Origin: a virus
Lineage: Duplodnaviria; Caudoviricetes
Strand: one strand, 5' to 3'
DNA: 28,180 nt
Virus record (IMG/VR): IMGVR_UViG_3300021516_000014
Location: 1-28,180 of that record
The notes under the pieces are model-generated. The model worked only from the letters and a program-made list of their open reading frames with translations, did no database searches and was not told where the DNA came from. Positions 1 to 7,049 of this stretch are shown here, piece after piece. The position numbers and the translations under genes are program-made. Position 1 is the stretch's first letter; the number at the start of each line of letters is the position of its first letter.

Positions 1-1958
1 AGTTGATGCTCTGGGGAGAGCTGCATGAGTTCTTCGAGGATAGCCGGGTGCTGGTAGGCTTTTAGGCCGCAGCGGGGTTCGATGAGGTGCTCAGGCACGA
101 CGAGGCCGTCGAGGTAGTGGGCGAAGGGTTGGAGTTCGGATTGGAGGATGTCCTTAAGGACGGTGATTTCGTCGCCGGGCCAGGGGAGGGTATGGCGGAC
201 GCAGCGGAGGATGATGAGTTTGTCGAGTAGAGACGGGTCGAGCGGGGGGAGGACTTGGAGGTTTTCGGGCTCGTCGTTCAGGGAGATGGACATGGCCCAG
301 ATGGGTCGGAGGGTGATGGCCTGGCGGTTCTTGGGGTGGCAGGACTGATTCTGGGCGAAGAGCATGGATTTGATGTTGGAACCCAGGGCGCGGCGAGAGT
401 GGATGTCGCGGCCGGGCGCCTCGTCTTCGATTGCCAGGTGCTCGGATGCGAAGAGATCGCCGTTGAAGTCGGTCGCGCCGGACATATAGCGGTAGGGTTT
501 GGCGATGCGGCCGCCGAGGAGGGGCGTGATGACGGCAGACTGGAGGAAGGACTTACCGCAGGCGGCGGGTCCTACGAGGGCGAGGGCCTGACTGGATCGC
601 CAGGTGCCTGTCAGGACGGCCTGCCGGCGGAGCGCGAGCCAGTAGATGATGCGCCAGTATTGATCGTCGTTCTGGTCCAGGAGGTTATGGATGTAGGTCA
701 GGATGCGGGCGCAGTCGCCGGGGGCGCCCGGGAGTGGGACGACGGAGCGGGTAACGAGGATCGTGCCGTAGAGACCAGCGCGGTGGCCGGCGAGTGGGCC
801 GGCGTATTCGATGAGGGTATCGCGGGTGCGGCGCAGGAGCTGGCGATCGACCTCGGAGGTGCCGGTTTCGTCCTTAACGTGGGACACACCGGATTCGAGG
901 AGGAACGTGCGGGCGCGGTCGCCGTTGATCTGGGCGTAATCGCCCCACGCGTTACGGGTCCACCACTGGCCGGAGTTCGGATCGTAGTGGAGATCGTCGA
1001 GTGGGTTCGCCGCAGCCGGTACGGGTTCAGCCTGAACGGGTCGCGGTGGATCGCCAGCGGCGTCGAGGAGGCCCTGGATAGATACGTCAGGCGGGATAGG
1101 GTCGGCGAGATCCCAGCCCTCGGGGAGCGTATCGGGGAGTGAAACGAGGCGGGAGGCGGGGAGGCGTGCCTTAAGGTAGATCATGGCGTCGCGACCGGGT
1201 TTATCGGCGTCGGGCCAGAGGATTACGGGGGTATCGCGGGTCAGGAGAGGGTCGATAGCGGCCCGCTGGATTCGTTTGGAGCCGCCCTGCCAGGTGATAA
1301 CGACGTGGGACGGGAAGAGTTTCGAGGCCGCGATGGCGGTTTTCTCACCCTCGACGATGAGAACCGGGTCGGTTGGGCGCCGTGCGAGGAGGTGGAGGTT
1401 GAAGAGGGGGACGGGTTCGGGTGCGGTCCAGCCCTTCCAGCGCCAGTGGCGTGGGTTCAGGGGGTCCGGTGGCTGGTTCTCAGGTGGTAGGAACCGGAGG
1501 GGCCGGACGTCCTTGGAGCCGTCGGGAAGGTCGAATCGGACGACGTAGGCGTAGATTGCGCCGTCGGCGTCGGGATATGGCCAGGCAGCGGAGCCGTATC
1601 GGTAGGGCTGAGAGGCGTCGTTGCGGTGGCCGTGTTTCAGGGGATCGAAGCGGCGCGGTTCGGGTTGGTAATCGTCGCGTATACCGAGGAATTCGCGGGC
1701 CCACTGGGCGGCCCTGGATTTCGGATAGACGTGATGCTGGCCGATGAGTTCGAGGAGATCGCCGCCCTGACCAGCGGCGTGGTCGTACCAGAGGCCCTGC
1801 TTAGGGCCGGAGAGTTCGACGTACAGGGAGTCGCCTGCGTCGCCGAAGACGTTGCCGACGATCCACTGGGGACCGATCTGACGGCCGGCGGGTAGGAGTT
1901 GAGAGCAGAGTTCTGCGACCCGGACGGAGAGGGCGTCCGAGAGTTCTGTGAGGGTCAT
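1..1958 (-). CDS. DNA primase-helicase fusion (TOPRIM primase + SF3-type P-loop helicase); 3' end runs off the window
   Basis: Not in the ORF track because there is no stop in the window. Translated by hand from ATG at 1958: MTLTELSDALSVRVAELCSQLLPAG...GLWYDHAAGQGGDLLELI. TOPRIM motifs VLIVEGEKTA, ILWPDADKPG and GWDLAD, then Walker A LVGPAACGKS, Walker B HLAIEDE and motif C-like SISLNDEPENL. Confidence 0.88.
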   Translation of the reverse strand, partial: MTLTELSDALSVRVAELCSQLLPAGRQIGPQWIVGNVFGDAGDSLYVELSGPKQGLWYDHAAGQGGDLLELIGQHHVYPKSRAAQWAREFLGIRDDYQPEPRRFDPLKHGHRNDASQPYRYGSAAWPYPDADGAIYAYVVRFDLPDGSKDVRPLRFLPPENQPPDPLNPRHWRWKGWTAPEPVPLFNLHLLARRPTDPVLIVEGEKTAIAASKLFPSHVVITWQGGSKRIQRAAIDPLLTRDTPVILWPDADKPGRDAMIYLKARLPASRLVSLPDTLPEGWDLADPIPPDVSIQGLLDAAGDPPRPVQAEPVPAAANPLDDLHYDPNSGQWWTRNAWGDYAQINGDRARTFLLESGVSHVKDETGTSEVDRQLLRRTRDTLIEYAGPLAGHRAGLYGTILVTRSVVPLPGAPGDCARILTYIHNLLDQNDDQYWRIIYWLALRRQAVLTGTWRSSQALALVGPAACGKSFLQSAVITPLLGGRIAKPYRYMSGATDFNGDLFASEHLAIEDEAPGRDIHSRRALGSNIKSMLFAQNQSCHPKNRQAITLRPIWAMSISLNDEPENLQVLPPLDPSLLDKLIILRCVRHTLPWPGDEITVLKDILQSELQPFAHYLDGLVVPEHLIEPRCGLKAYQHPAILEELMQLSPEHQ

Positions 1959-1979
1959 GCTTGTAGTGAGTGAGTGAGG

Positions 1980-2228
1980 TTAAGGAGTGGTTGTCATAAA
2001 GGCTGGCGTGTGATCGCCGACGTAGGCACCGAGTTGGTTGAACTCGTGGAACTCGACGGCTTCCTCGTAGGTCATGCCGTAGGATTCCAGTTGAGCGATA
2101 ACGCGGTCGTAGTCGTAGATCACGAATGCTTCCGATCCGAATCGGCTGGCGACGCCTAGGATGCAGTCGTCGAAACCGTCCATCAGCAGGAGGTCTGGGT
2201 TTATGTCTGCGATTTGATCACGTGTCAT
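1980..2228 (-). CDS. Conserved-looking small acidic phage hypothetical protein
   Basis: 82 aa ORF. The DGFDDCILG...YDYDRVI...EEAVEFHEFNQLGAYVG.TP pattern is familiar from aquatic phage hypothetical proteins. Co-oriented in the operon. Confidence 0.75.
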   Translation of the reverse strand: MTRDQIADINPDLLLMDGFDDCILGVASRFGSEAFVIYDYDRVIAQLESYGMTYEEAVEFHEFNQLGAYVGDHTPAFMTTTP

Positions 2229-2247
2229 AAAAAAAGAGGGGACACTT

Positions 2248-2454
2248 TCAGGGTTCGCTGTCGCAGTTCAGGTCGTATTCCGTTGCATCCAGGAGCGCGA
2301 TGCGGATCTGGCTCTCGGTCGCCTGCGCGGTGCCACAGAGCATTCCGAGGCGTTCGTAGAATCGGTACTTACCTTCCGGTGAGAGGTGCTCGGGTGCTTT
2401 CTGGCCGTGTAGGGCCTGCGTGATAGCAGCTGCGCGGATTGTAGGGTTGCTCAT
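2248..2454 (-). CDS. Hypothetical protein
   Basis: 68 aa ORF whose start overlaps the VRR-NUC stop by 4 nt (ATGA). Confidence 0.65.
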   Translation of the reverse strand: MSNPTIRAAAITQALHGQKAPEHLSPEGKYRFYERLGMLCGTAQATESQIRIALLDATEYDLNCDSEP

Positions 2455-2822
2455 AGGTTGTCGGTGTCTGAAACGGATCGCGCCACGATGGCGTGACCGC
2501 CGGCTGTGGTGATTTGGTCGAGCCAGTTCTGTTGGTCAGGACGGACACGGCCGGTTTTGGTTTTGATTTCGATGGAGAGGAATTGGGCGATCTGGGAGCC
2601 GACCATGTCGGGTGTCACGGTGAGTGTGCGCCAGCCGATGAGGTCACCGGACCCGGGGAACAGGCCCATGCGAACGTGACGTGCGTCGCGCAGGAATACG
2701 CCTTCGGGATCGCGTAGCGCCTGGCCGACGTAGCCCTCGCCGACCTGATTACGGAAGACGCGGACGTGCGGTTTAGATCCAGCGGCGCGGAGGATCAGGG
2801 CTTGGAGTTCGGATTCGGTCAT
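2451..2822 (-). CDS. VRR-NUC domain nuclease (PD-(D/E)XK)
   Basis: N-terminal ESELQ, G..PGSGDLIG, FLSIEIKTKTGRVRPDQQNWL and GG.AIVARS are hallmark VRR-NUC motifs. 4-nt overlap with the helicase stop. Confidence 0.92.
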   Translation of the reverse strand: MTESELQALILRAAGSKPHVRVFRNQVGEGYVGQALRDPEGVFLRDARHVRMGLFPGSGDLIGWRTLTVTPDMVGSQIAQFLSIEIKTKTGRVRPDQQNWLDQITTAGGHAIVARSVSDTDNL

Positions 2823-4183
2823 AGAGATTTGCGTTGACGTGCTTGCCAGCGGAAGAAGGCCCAGCCTAGCTTATATCCCCGCTGCTTGGCGAGTGCTCGG
2901 AAGTCGTCGAGCGTTTTGCATTTGCCTTCTTCACGGCGATCTTCGCGTTTCTTGGAGATGTCTTCGATCGACAGGCGCTGAAGCTCACCATCGACCTCCT
3001 CGATTTCGCGAGCGGCTATCTCACGCTGCGATCCGCACTGAGGGCAAACGGTTCCTGCAAAAATCGCGAAGCACTTGGAGCACTGCTTGGTTTCGACGAG
3101 CGAGGATTTCTTCAATCGCTTCTCGCGCCCGCTAAGGTCCCAGTCGCGCTCCTGCTCAGCGAGTCCATGGCGGAGACAGTTCCCAACGTGATCGAGGATG
3201 ATCGCGTTAACCTTGCCCGGGTACGGCCGCAGGGCCCGGCCCACCTGCTGAAGGTGCATGGAAAGAGACTGAGTTGGCCGAAGCAGGATGGCCGCGTTCA
3301 CGGCCGGCAGATCGAATCCCTCGGAGATAAGTTCGCAGGAGGTAAGGACCAGGATTTTACCAGCGGTCAGATCATCCACGCGCTGCTTTCGGACCTCGGG
3401 ATCTAGGGTTCCGTCGATGCTAGCAGATGGGATTCCGCAAGAGTTAAACGTATCGGCGACGTGCTGAGCGTGAGCGACCGATATACAGAACGCGACGGCC
3501 CGCTGCCGGTTACAGAATCTCACGTAATGAGTCACTGCATCGCCTGTGATGCGTGGCGTATCGACGATCTCCTCGGTCTCGGAGCGATCGAAGTCGCCGG
3601 CAATCGTGTGGACCTGAGACAGATCGACTGCCTCACGAGGCGCGTAGTACACGGGCTGCGCCAGGAATCCGTTGTCGATGAGCCACTGGACAGACGGACC
3701 CATGACCATGCGGTCAAACATGGCCCCAAGACCCTTGCCATCGAGGCGCTCTGGGGTCGCAGTCACGCCGATAAACTTGGCGGTCGGCCATGCTGCGAAC
3801 ATCTGGACGTAGGACTTGGAGACCGAGTGGTGCGCTTCGTCGATGATAACGAGATCCGGAGCGGGTATAGTATCCAGGCGACGGGCTAAGGTCTGGATCG
3901 AAGCGACCATGGCAGGCTGAGTGGACGTGGATTTACCTGCCTGAATGAAGCCATGCGGAACGCCGACGCGCTTCAGAGTGGCGCTGATTTGATCGAGGAT
4001 TTCGCGGCGATGCGCGATAATGATAACGCGAGACCCCCGCTTGAGGACCTGGGACGTGATGTAGGAGAAGAGGACTGTTTTGCCGGAGCCAGTCGGGCTC
4101 ACCGCCAGCGGGCGGTTTGCTCCAGATCCGAACGCCCCTCTGATATCGTTTGCCAGCTGGTTTTGGTAAGGCCGGAGTTCCAT
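2819..4183 (-). CDS. Superfamily 2 DEAD/DEAH helicase with C-terminal Zn ribbon
   Basis: Likely start MELRPYQ at 4183. Motifs SPTGSGKT, IIDEAHH, TATP, SEGFDLP and QQVGRALR, plus CSKC...CPQC. Confidence 0.95.
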   Translation of the reverse strand: MELRPYQNQLANDIRGAFGSGANRPLAVSPTGSGKTVLFSYITSQVLKRGSRVIIIAHRREILDQISATLKRVGVPHGFIQAGKSTSTQPAMVASIQTLARRLDTIPAPDLVIIDEAHHSVSKSYVQMFAAWPTAKFIGVTATPERLDGKGLGAMFDRMVMGPSVQWLIDNGFLAQPVYYAPREAVDLSQVHTIAGDFDRSETEEIVDTPRITGDAVTHYVRFCNRQRAVAFCISVAHAQHVADTFNSCGIPSASIDGTLDPEVRKQRVDDLTAGKILVLTSCELISEGFDLPAVNAAILLRPTQSLSMHLQQVGRALRPYPGKVNAIILDHVGNCLRHGLAEQERDWDLSGREKRLKKSSLVETKQCSKCFAIFAGTVCPQCGSQREIAAREIEEVDGELQRLSIEDISKKREDRREEGKCKTLDDFRALAKQRGYKLGWAFFRWQARQRKSL

Positions 4184-4193
4184 CGTGAGCCGT

Positions 4194-4238
4194 AGGCTGC
4201 GTTCTGAGGCTTGACGTGTCAAGCATAAGCTGCACACT
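4194..4238. promoter_or_regulatory. Overlapping divergent sigma70-like promoters centred on palindrome GCTTGAC-gt-GTCAAGC (4209-4224); candidate RHH operator
   Basis: Plus strand: TTGACG 4211-4216, 16 nt, CACACT 4233-4238, then ATG at 4245. Minus strand: TTGACA 4222-4217, 17 nt, CAGCCT 4199-4194, then ATG at 4183. Confidence 0.6.
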
Positions 4239-4244
4239 GCCGGC

Positions 4245-4436
4245 ATGAAAAACACGGTTCGAGTGAGCTACAGGTTGCCGATTGAAGTGGCGAAGATGCT
4301 TGAGGATGAAGCGGTGCGTGCCCGGCGCACGAAGACGGCGGTGCTGATTATTGCGATCGAGGACCACGTTCTGCGATGTGATGATGAACGGTCGGATTGG
4401 GTTGAAAAACCCGTTGACACTAAGAAGAAGCGGTAG
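4245..4436 (+). CDS. Ribbon-helix-helix (CopG/Arc-like) transcriptional regulator
   Basis: 63 aa. Alternating strand VRVSYRLP, helix IEVAKMLEDEA, turn RRTKT, helix AVLIIAIEDHV. Confidence 0.8.
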   Translation: MKNTVRVSYRLPIEVAKMLEDEAVRARRTKTAVLIIAIEDHVLRCDDERSDWVEKPVDTKKKR

Positions 4437-4442
4437 AACGAT
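4414..4442 (+). promoter_or_regulatory. Putative promoter for the capsid operon, inside the 3' end of the RHH gene
   Basis: Perfect -35 TTGACA at 4414-4419, then 17 nt, then AACGAT as a weak -10. Confidence 0.45.
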
Positions 4443-4450
4443 ACCTCCAC

Positions 4451-4643
4451 GACGCATAGCTTGGTTTCGTCAACCAGGCGCGAACTGGGCGCGTAATTCC
4501 AGTTGGCCAAGAGTGCTGAAGAGCACTCGCCGGTTCCACGGCTCGGACTCGCCACCGAGGTTGGATTGATGGTCTTAGGACCTGCAATCTGCCTCGTGTC
4601 TCGGAGGGGTAGGTGAAGTAAACCCCGGGATAGGAGAGCCAAT
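4451..4643 (+). ncRNA. Candidate structured RNA / 5' leader of the major capsid gene (unknown family)
   Basis: Six back-to-back stem-loops fill the longest intergenic gap in the window. Example: GAGTGCT-GAAG-AGCACTC at 4511-4528. See findings. Confidence 0.55.
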
Positions 4644-6239
4644 ATGGCCAGTGGAAATGTAATCAGCTGTAAGCAGTTTCAGTCTTTTCTTGTCTCGCAG
4701 GAACCTGTGTATGACAAAGAAATCCTCAAGGATATCCGCCCGTTTGACGGGTTGATCGGATACTACAACACCGGATCGTTCGACGCGTATTCCGGCACCA
4801 CTCACACGTTTGACCGCTTCAACAGCGTGTTCCCGAATGTGACTGGCGCTTGGGAGAATCCTACGGGCGCCGCCTGTACTGGAACGCCTTGCGACACGGA
4901 AGAGAACAAGATCGGTTGGGGCTTCACCCGCAATACCTACTCGCTTGAAAAGCAGGCGTGGGGTTCGGATCTGTTGTGCTTCGACCAGATTATGACGAAG
5001 ACGAAGGCCAAGGAGCACTTCCGTCAGATCATCGACGACGTTCTTCGCCCTGCGACGAACTGGATCACGACCTACTACCTCCAGCGTAAGGCGATGGAGC
5101 TGTCTGGTTACGATGCTCTCAGCAACACTCAACCTGGAGCTTTCGCAGTTGTTCCTGGTCTTCCGGCGATTGCCTTCTCTTGGGTTGGCACTGGTTACTC
5201 GGTACTGCGTGTAACCGACACTGCTGCCGCTCCCATTGCTTTTGCTACGGTTGGAATGTTGACTCCGGACATCCTCCGTAGCCGCGTGACCCGTCAATAC
5301 TTCCTGGGCGCCGTTCAGGCCGGTAAAGATGGTTACGACAGTCTCCAGCTGCACACCGACAAGGACACCTTCCGTTACCTGTCCAAGGAAAATCCGTTGC
5401 TAGTAAGTTCCTGGCGTTTCGGTGAGTTCGCTCCCGCTGCCAAGGAGTTCTACAAGTACGGCTTCATGGGATACGTCGGCGACTTCATGGTGAAGGTGCT
5501 GCAATTCCCGCTGCGATTCGTTTCGACTGCCACCGCTGGTAATTACCGATTGGTTCTTCCCTATCGGAACGTTACAGCGACCCAGGGTATCCGATCTGAG
5601 TTCAACCCTGATTACAACGCGGCTCAGTACCAGATCAGTTACATCAACAACCCGCGTGCGTTGCGCGTGTTGCCGTTCCGCCCTGAGGCCGTAAACCCGA
5701 ATATGCCGTTCCTGGTTCGGGATTACGGTGGTCGCTGGAAGTTTGCGACCAACGACTTGGGTGCAGATTGCTCCGGTAAACCGATCGACAACAGCCGTGG
5801 TAACAAAGGTAAGTTTATCGCCGACTTCCAGTTGGCTGTAAAACCTGAGCATCCCGAATGGCTTGAGGCGATCTTCCATAGGGTTAGCCAAGTGTGCCCA
5901 ATATTTATCGGTGGTTGCGGCGCCGATCCTGGCGAACTCGCTCAAAACTACAACTCTGCGGATCCTGTTTGCCCGCGAGTGATTCAGTTCACGGCGACTA
6001 CTGTCACTGGCGGAACTAACTTTGTGCTGAACGCCAATGCCAGCATCTTGTGTAACGACAATTACATCACAAGTCCTGCTATCAATGCTGCGAATGTGGC
6101 GGCCTTGGTGGTTGCAATTCAAGCGGCTTGGACTGCCGAGTTTGGCGCTGGCTCTGGAACCTGGAGCGTTGTCTCTGGCAACTTGATCCAAATTAGCGGA
6201 ACTACCTGCGACAACGTCACGTTGGAGTTCTCGATTTAA
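4644..6239 (+). CDS. Putative major capsid protein with C-terminal extension domain
   Basis: 531 aa with an SD-like AGGAGA upstream, strongly biased codons and an immediately following terminator. No other MCP candidate exists in a window that has portal and terminase. It resembles capsid proteins of uncultured aquatic phages by recall; the HK97 fold was not verified. Confidence 0.72.
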   Translation: MASGNVISCKQFQSFLVSQEPVYDKEILKDIRPFDGLIGYYNTGSFDAYSGTTHTFDRFNSVFPNVTGAWENPTGAACTGTPCDTEENKIGWGFTRNTYSLEKQAWGSDLLCFDQIMTKTKAKEHFRQIIDDVLRPATNWITTYYLQRKAMELSGYDALSNTQPGAFAVVPGLPAIAFSWVGTGYSVLRVTDTAAAPIAFATVGMLTPDILRSRVTRQYFLGAVQAGKDGYDSLQLHTDKDTFRYLSKENPLLVSSWRFGEFAPAAKEFYKYGFMGYVGDFMVKVLQFPLRFVSTATAGNYRLVLPYRNVTATQGIRSEFNPDYNAAQYQISYINNPRALRVLPFRPEAVNPNMPFLVRDYGGRWKFATNDLGADCSGKPIDNSRGNKGKFIADFQLAVKPEHPEWLEAIFHRVSQVCPIFIGGCGADPGELAQNYNSADPVCPRVIQFTATTVTGGTNFVLNANASILCNDNYITSPAINAANVAALVVAIQAAWTAEFGAGSGTWSVVSGNLIQISGTTCDNVTLEFSI

Positions 6240-6255
6240 TCGGGTCGATAACAAC

Positions 6256-6284
6256 GGGGCTCTCCTTCGGGAGGGCCCCCTTTT
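6256..6284 (+). terminator. Rho-independent terminator after the capsid gene
   Basis: GGGGCTCTCC-TTCG-GGAGGGCCCC stem with a cUUCGg tetraloop, followed by CTTTT. Confidence 0.85.
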
Positions 6285-6373
6285 GAGGTGCTGGTAGCCA
6301 CCCGGAGCGTCCGGGATGCTAGCAGCCTCTCACCAAGACCTCTTACCAAGACTTCAAAGAAAAGGATTTTACG

Positions 6374-6637
6374 ATGTACGGACAAATGATGGGTAAACGA
6401 AAGATGGACGGCATGGGCCGCATGAGTTCCGAGGTTGAAACCGTCGAGTTCACTCCTCCCAAAGAATTAAAACTGGAAGGCGATTCAGGAACCGCAATGG
6501 TTGACTGGCGCATGACACCGCGTGGAACCGTTGAGATCATTGGATTCGACGGCATAACGCTTGGTGAGACTGGCAAGCAAGACATGGAAGAGGACGCTGC
6601 CGAAAACGAAATGGATGACATGGAGGAGGAAGCCTAA
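6374..6637 (+). CDS. Small acidic hypothetical protein
   Basis: 87 aa, Met-rich N-terminus, Asp/Glu-rich tail. AAGGA upstream. Confidence 0.7.
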   Translation: MYGQMMGKRKMDGMGRMSSEVETVEFTPPKELKLEGDSGTAMVDWRMTPRGTVEIIGFDGITLGETGKQDMEEDAAENEMDDMEEEA

Positions 6638-6638
6638 T

Positions 6639-7046
6639 ATGCCTGTTTTAACCCCTCAACAACTTGGAGATACAGGCGTATGCTTTGACTGCATGGAGCC
6701 AGGTTTGCAGCAGACGATGCTGCTGTCGTTGCTCCAACAGATTCAGGTCGCTTCATTCGACGCTGCCCGTACAACCGCAAGCCCAGGTGGACTTTTGACT
6801 GCGACTGCAACGGCCGCTGCTAACCCTGGTCGCCGTCGGTTTGTAATCCAGAACCAGAAGACTACTGAGCATCTCCACGTAAAGTTTGGAACCGGATGCA
6901 CCACGACTGATTACCACTACGTTCTTTTGAGCGCCGCAACCGCTGGCGCTGGAGCAACATCCCTAACTTTTGAAGGCTACACTGGCGCGATTAGCGTCGC
7001 TCCCGTCGCCGGAAGCCCGTCCTACACCTTTGCTGAATTTGTCTGA
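6639..7046 (+). CDS. Putative minor virion/decoration protein
   Basis: Likely start MPVLTPQQLG at 6639, 1 nt after the previous stop. Helical N-terminus, then a beta-rich domain (ANPGRRRFVIQNQ...LHVKFG...YTGAISV). Confidence 0.65.
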   Translation: MPVLTPQQLGDTGVCFDCMEPGLQQTMLLSLLQQIQVASFDAARTTASPGGLLTATATAAANPGRRRFVIQNQKTTEHLHVKFGTGCTTTDYHYVLLSAATAGAGATSLTFEGYTGAISVAPVAGSPSYTFAEFV

Positions 7047-7049
7047 CCT

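Noticed and set aside
255-1142. 295-aa plus-strand ORF and other plus ORFs over 1-1900
   Set aside because: Antisense shadow of the primase-helicase. The G/V/D-rich composition follows from the C-ending codons on the real strand.
1963-1980. Short GTGA tandem repeat (gtgagtgagtgag) upstream of the primase
   Set aside because: Too short to call an iteron or origin; it fits the local skewed composition.
2222-2245. T7 run with a small GTGTC/GACAC stem on the minus strand
   Set aside because: The T-run lies within the loop and directly precedes an ATG, so it looks like an AT-rich initiation region rather than a terminator.
4184-4255. ORF-track N-terminal extension of the helicase (similar extensions at 6561, 10052, 14150, 14598, 16933, 17057)
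   Set aside because: The extensions overlap neighbouring genes or promoters. Downstream ATGs give motif-consistent starts and tight coupling.
4516-4522. CTGAAGA matching the hammerhead ribozyme core CUGANGA
   Set aside because: It is buried in a perfect hairpin and no suitably placed GAAA or stem arrangement follows.
4575-6254. Long minus-strand ORFs (259 aa and 284 aa) opposite the capsid gene
   Set aside because: Antisense shadows of a codon-biased gene, with no motifs or start context.
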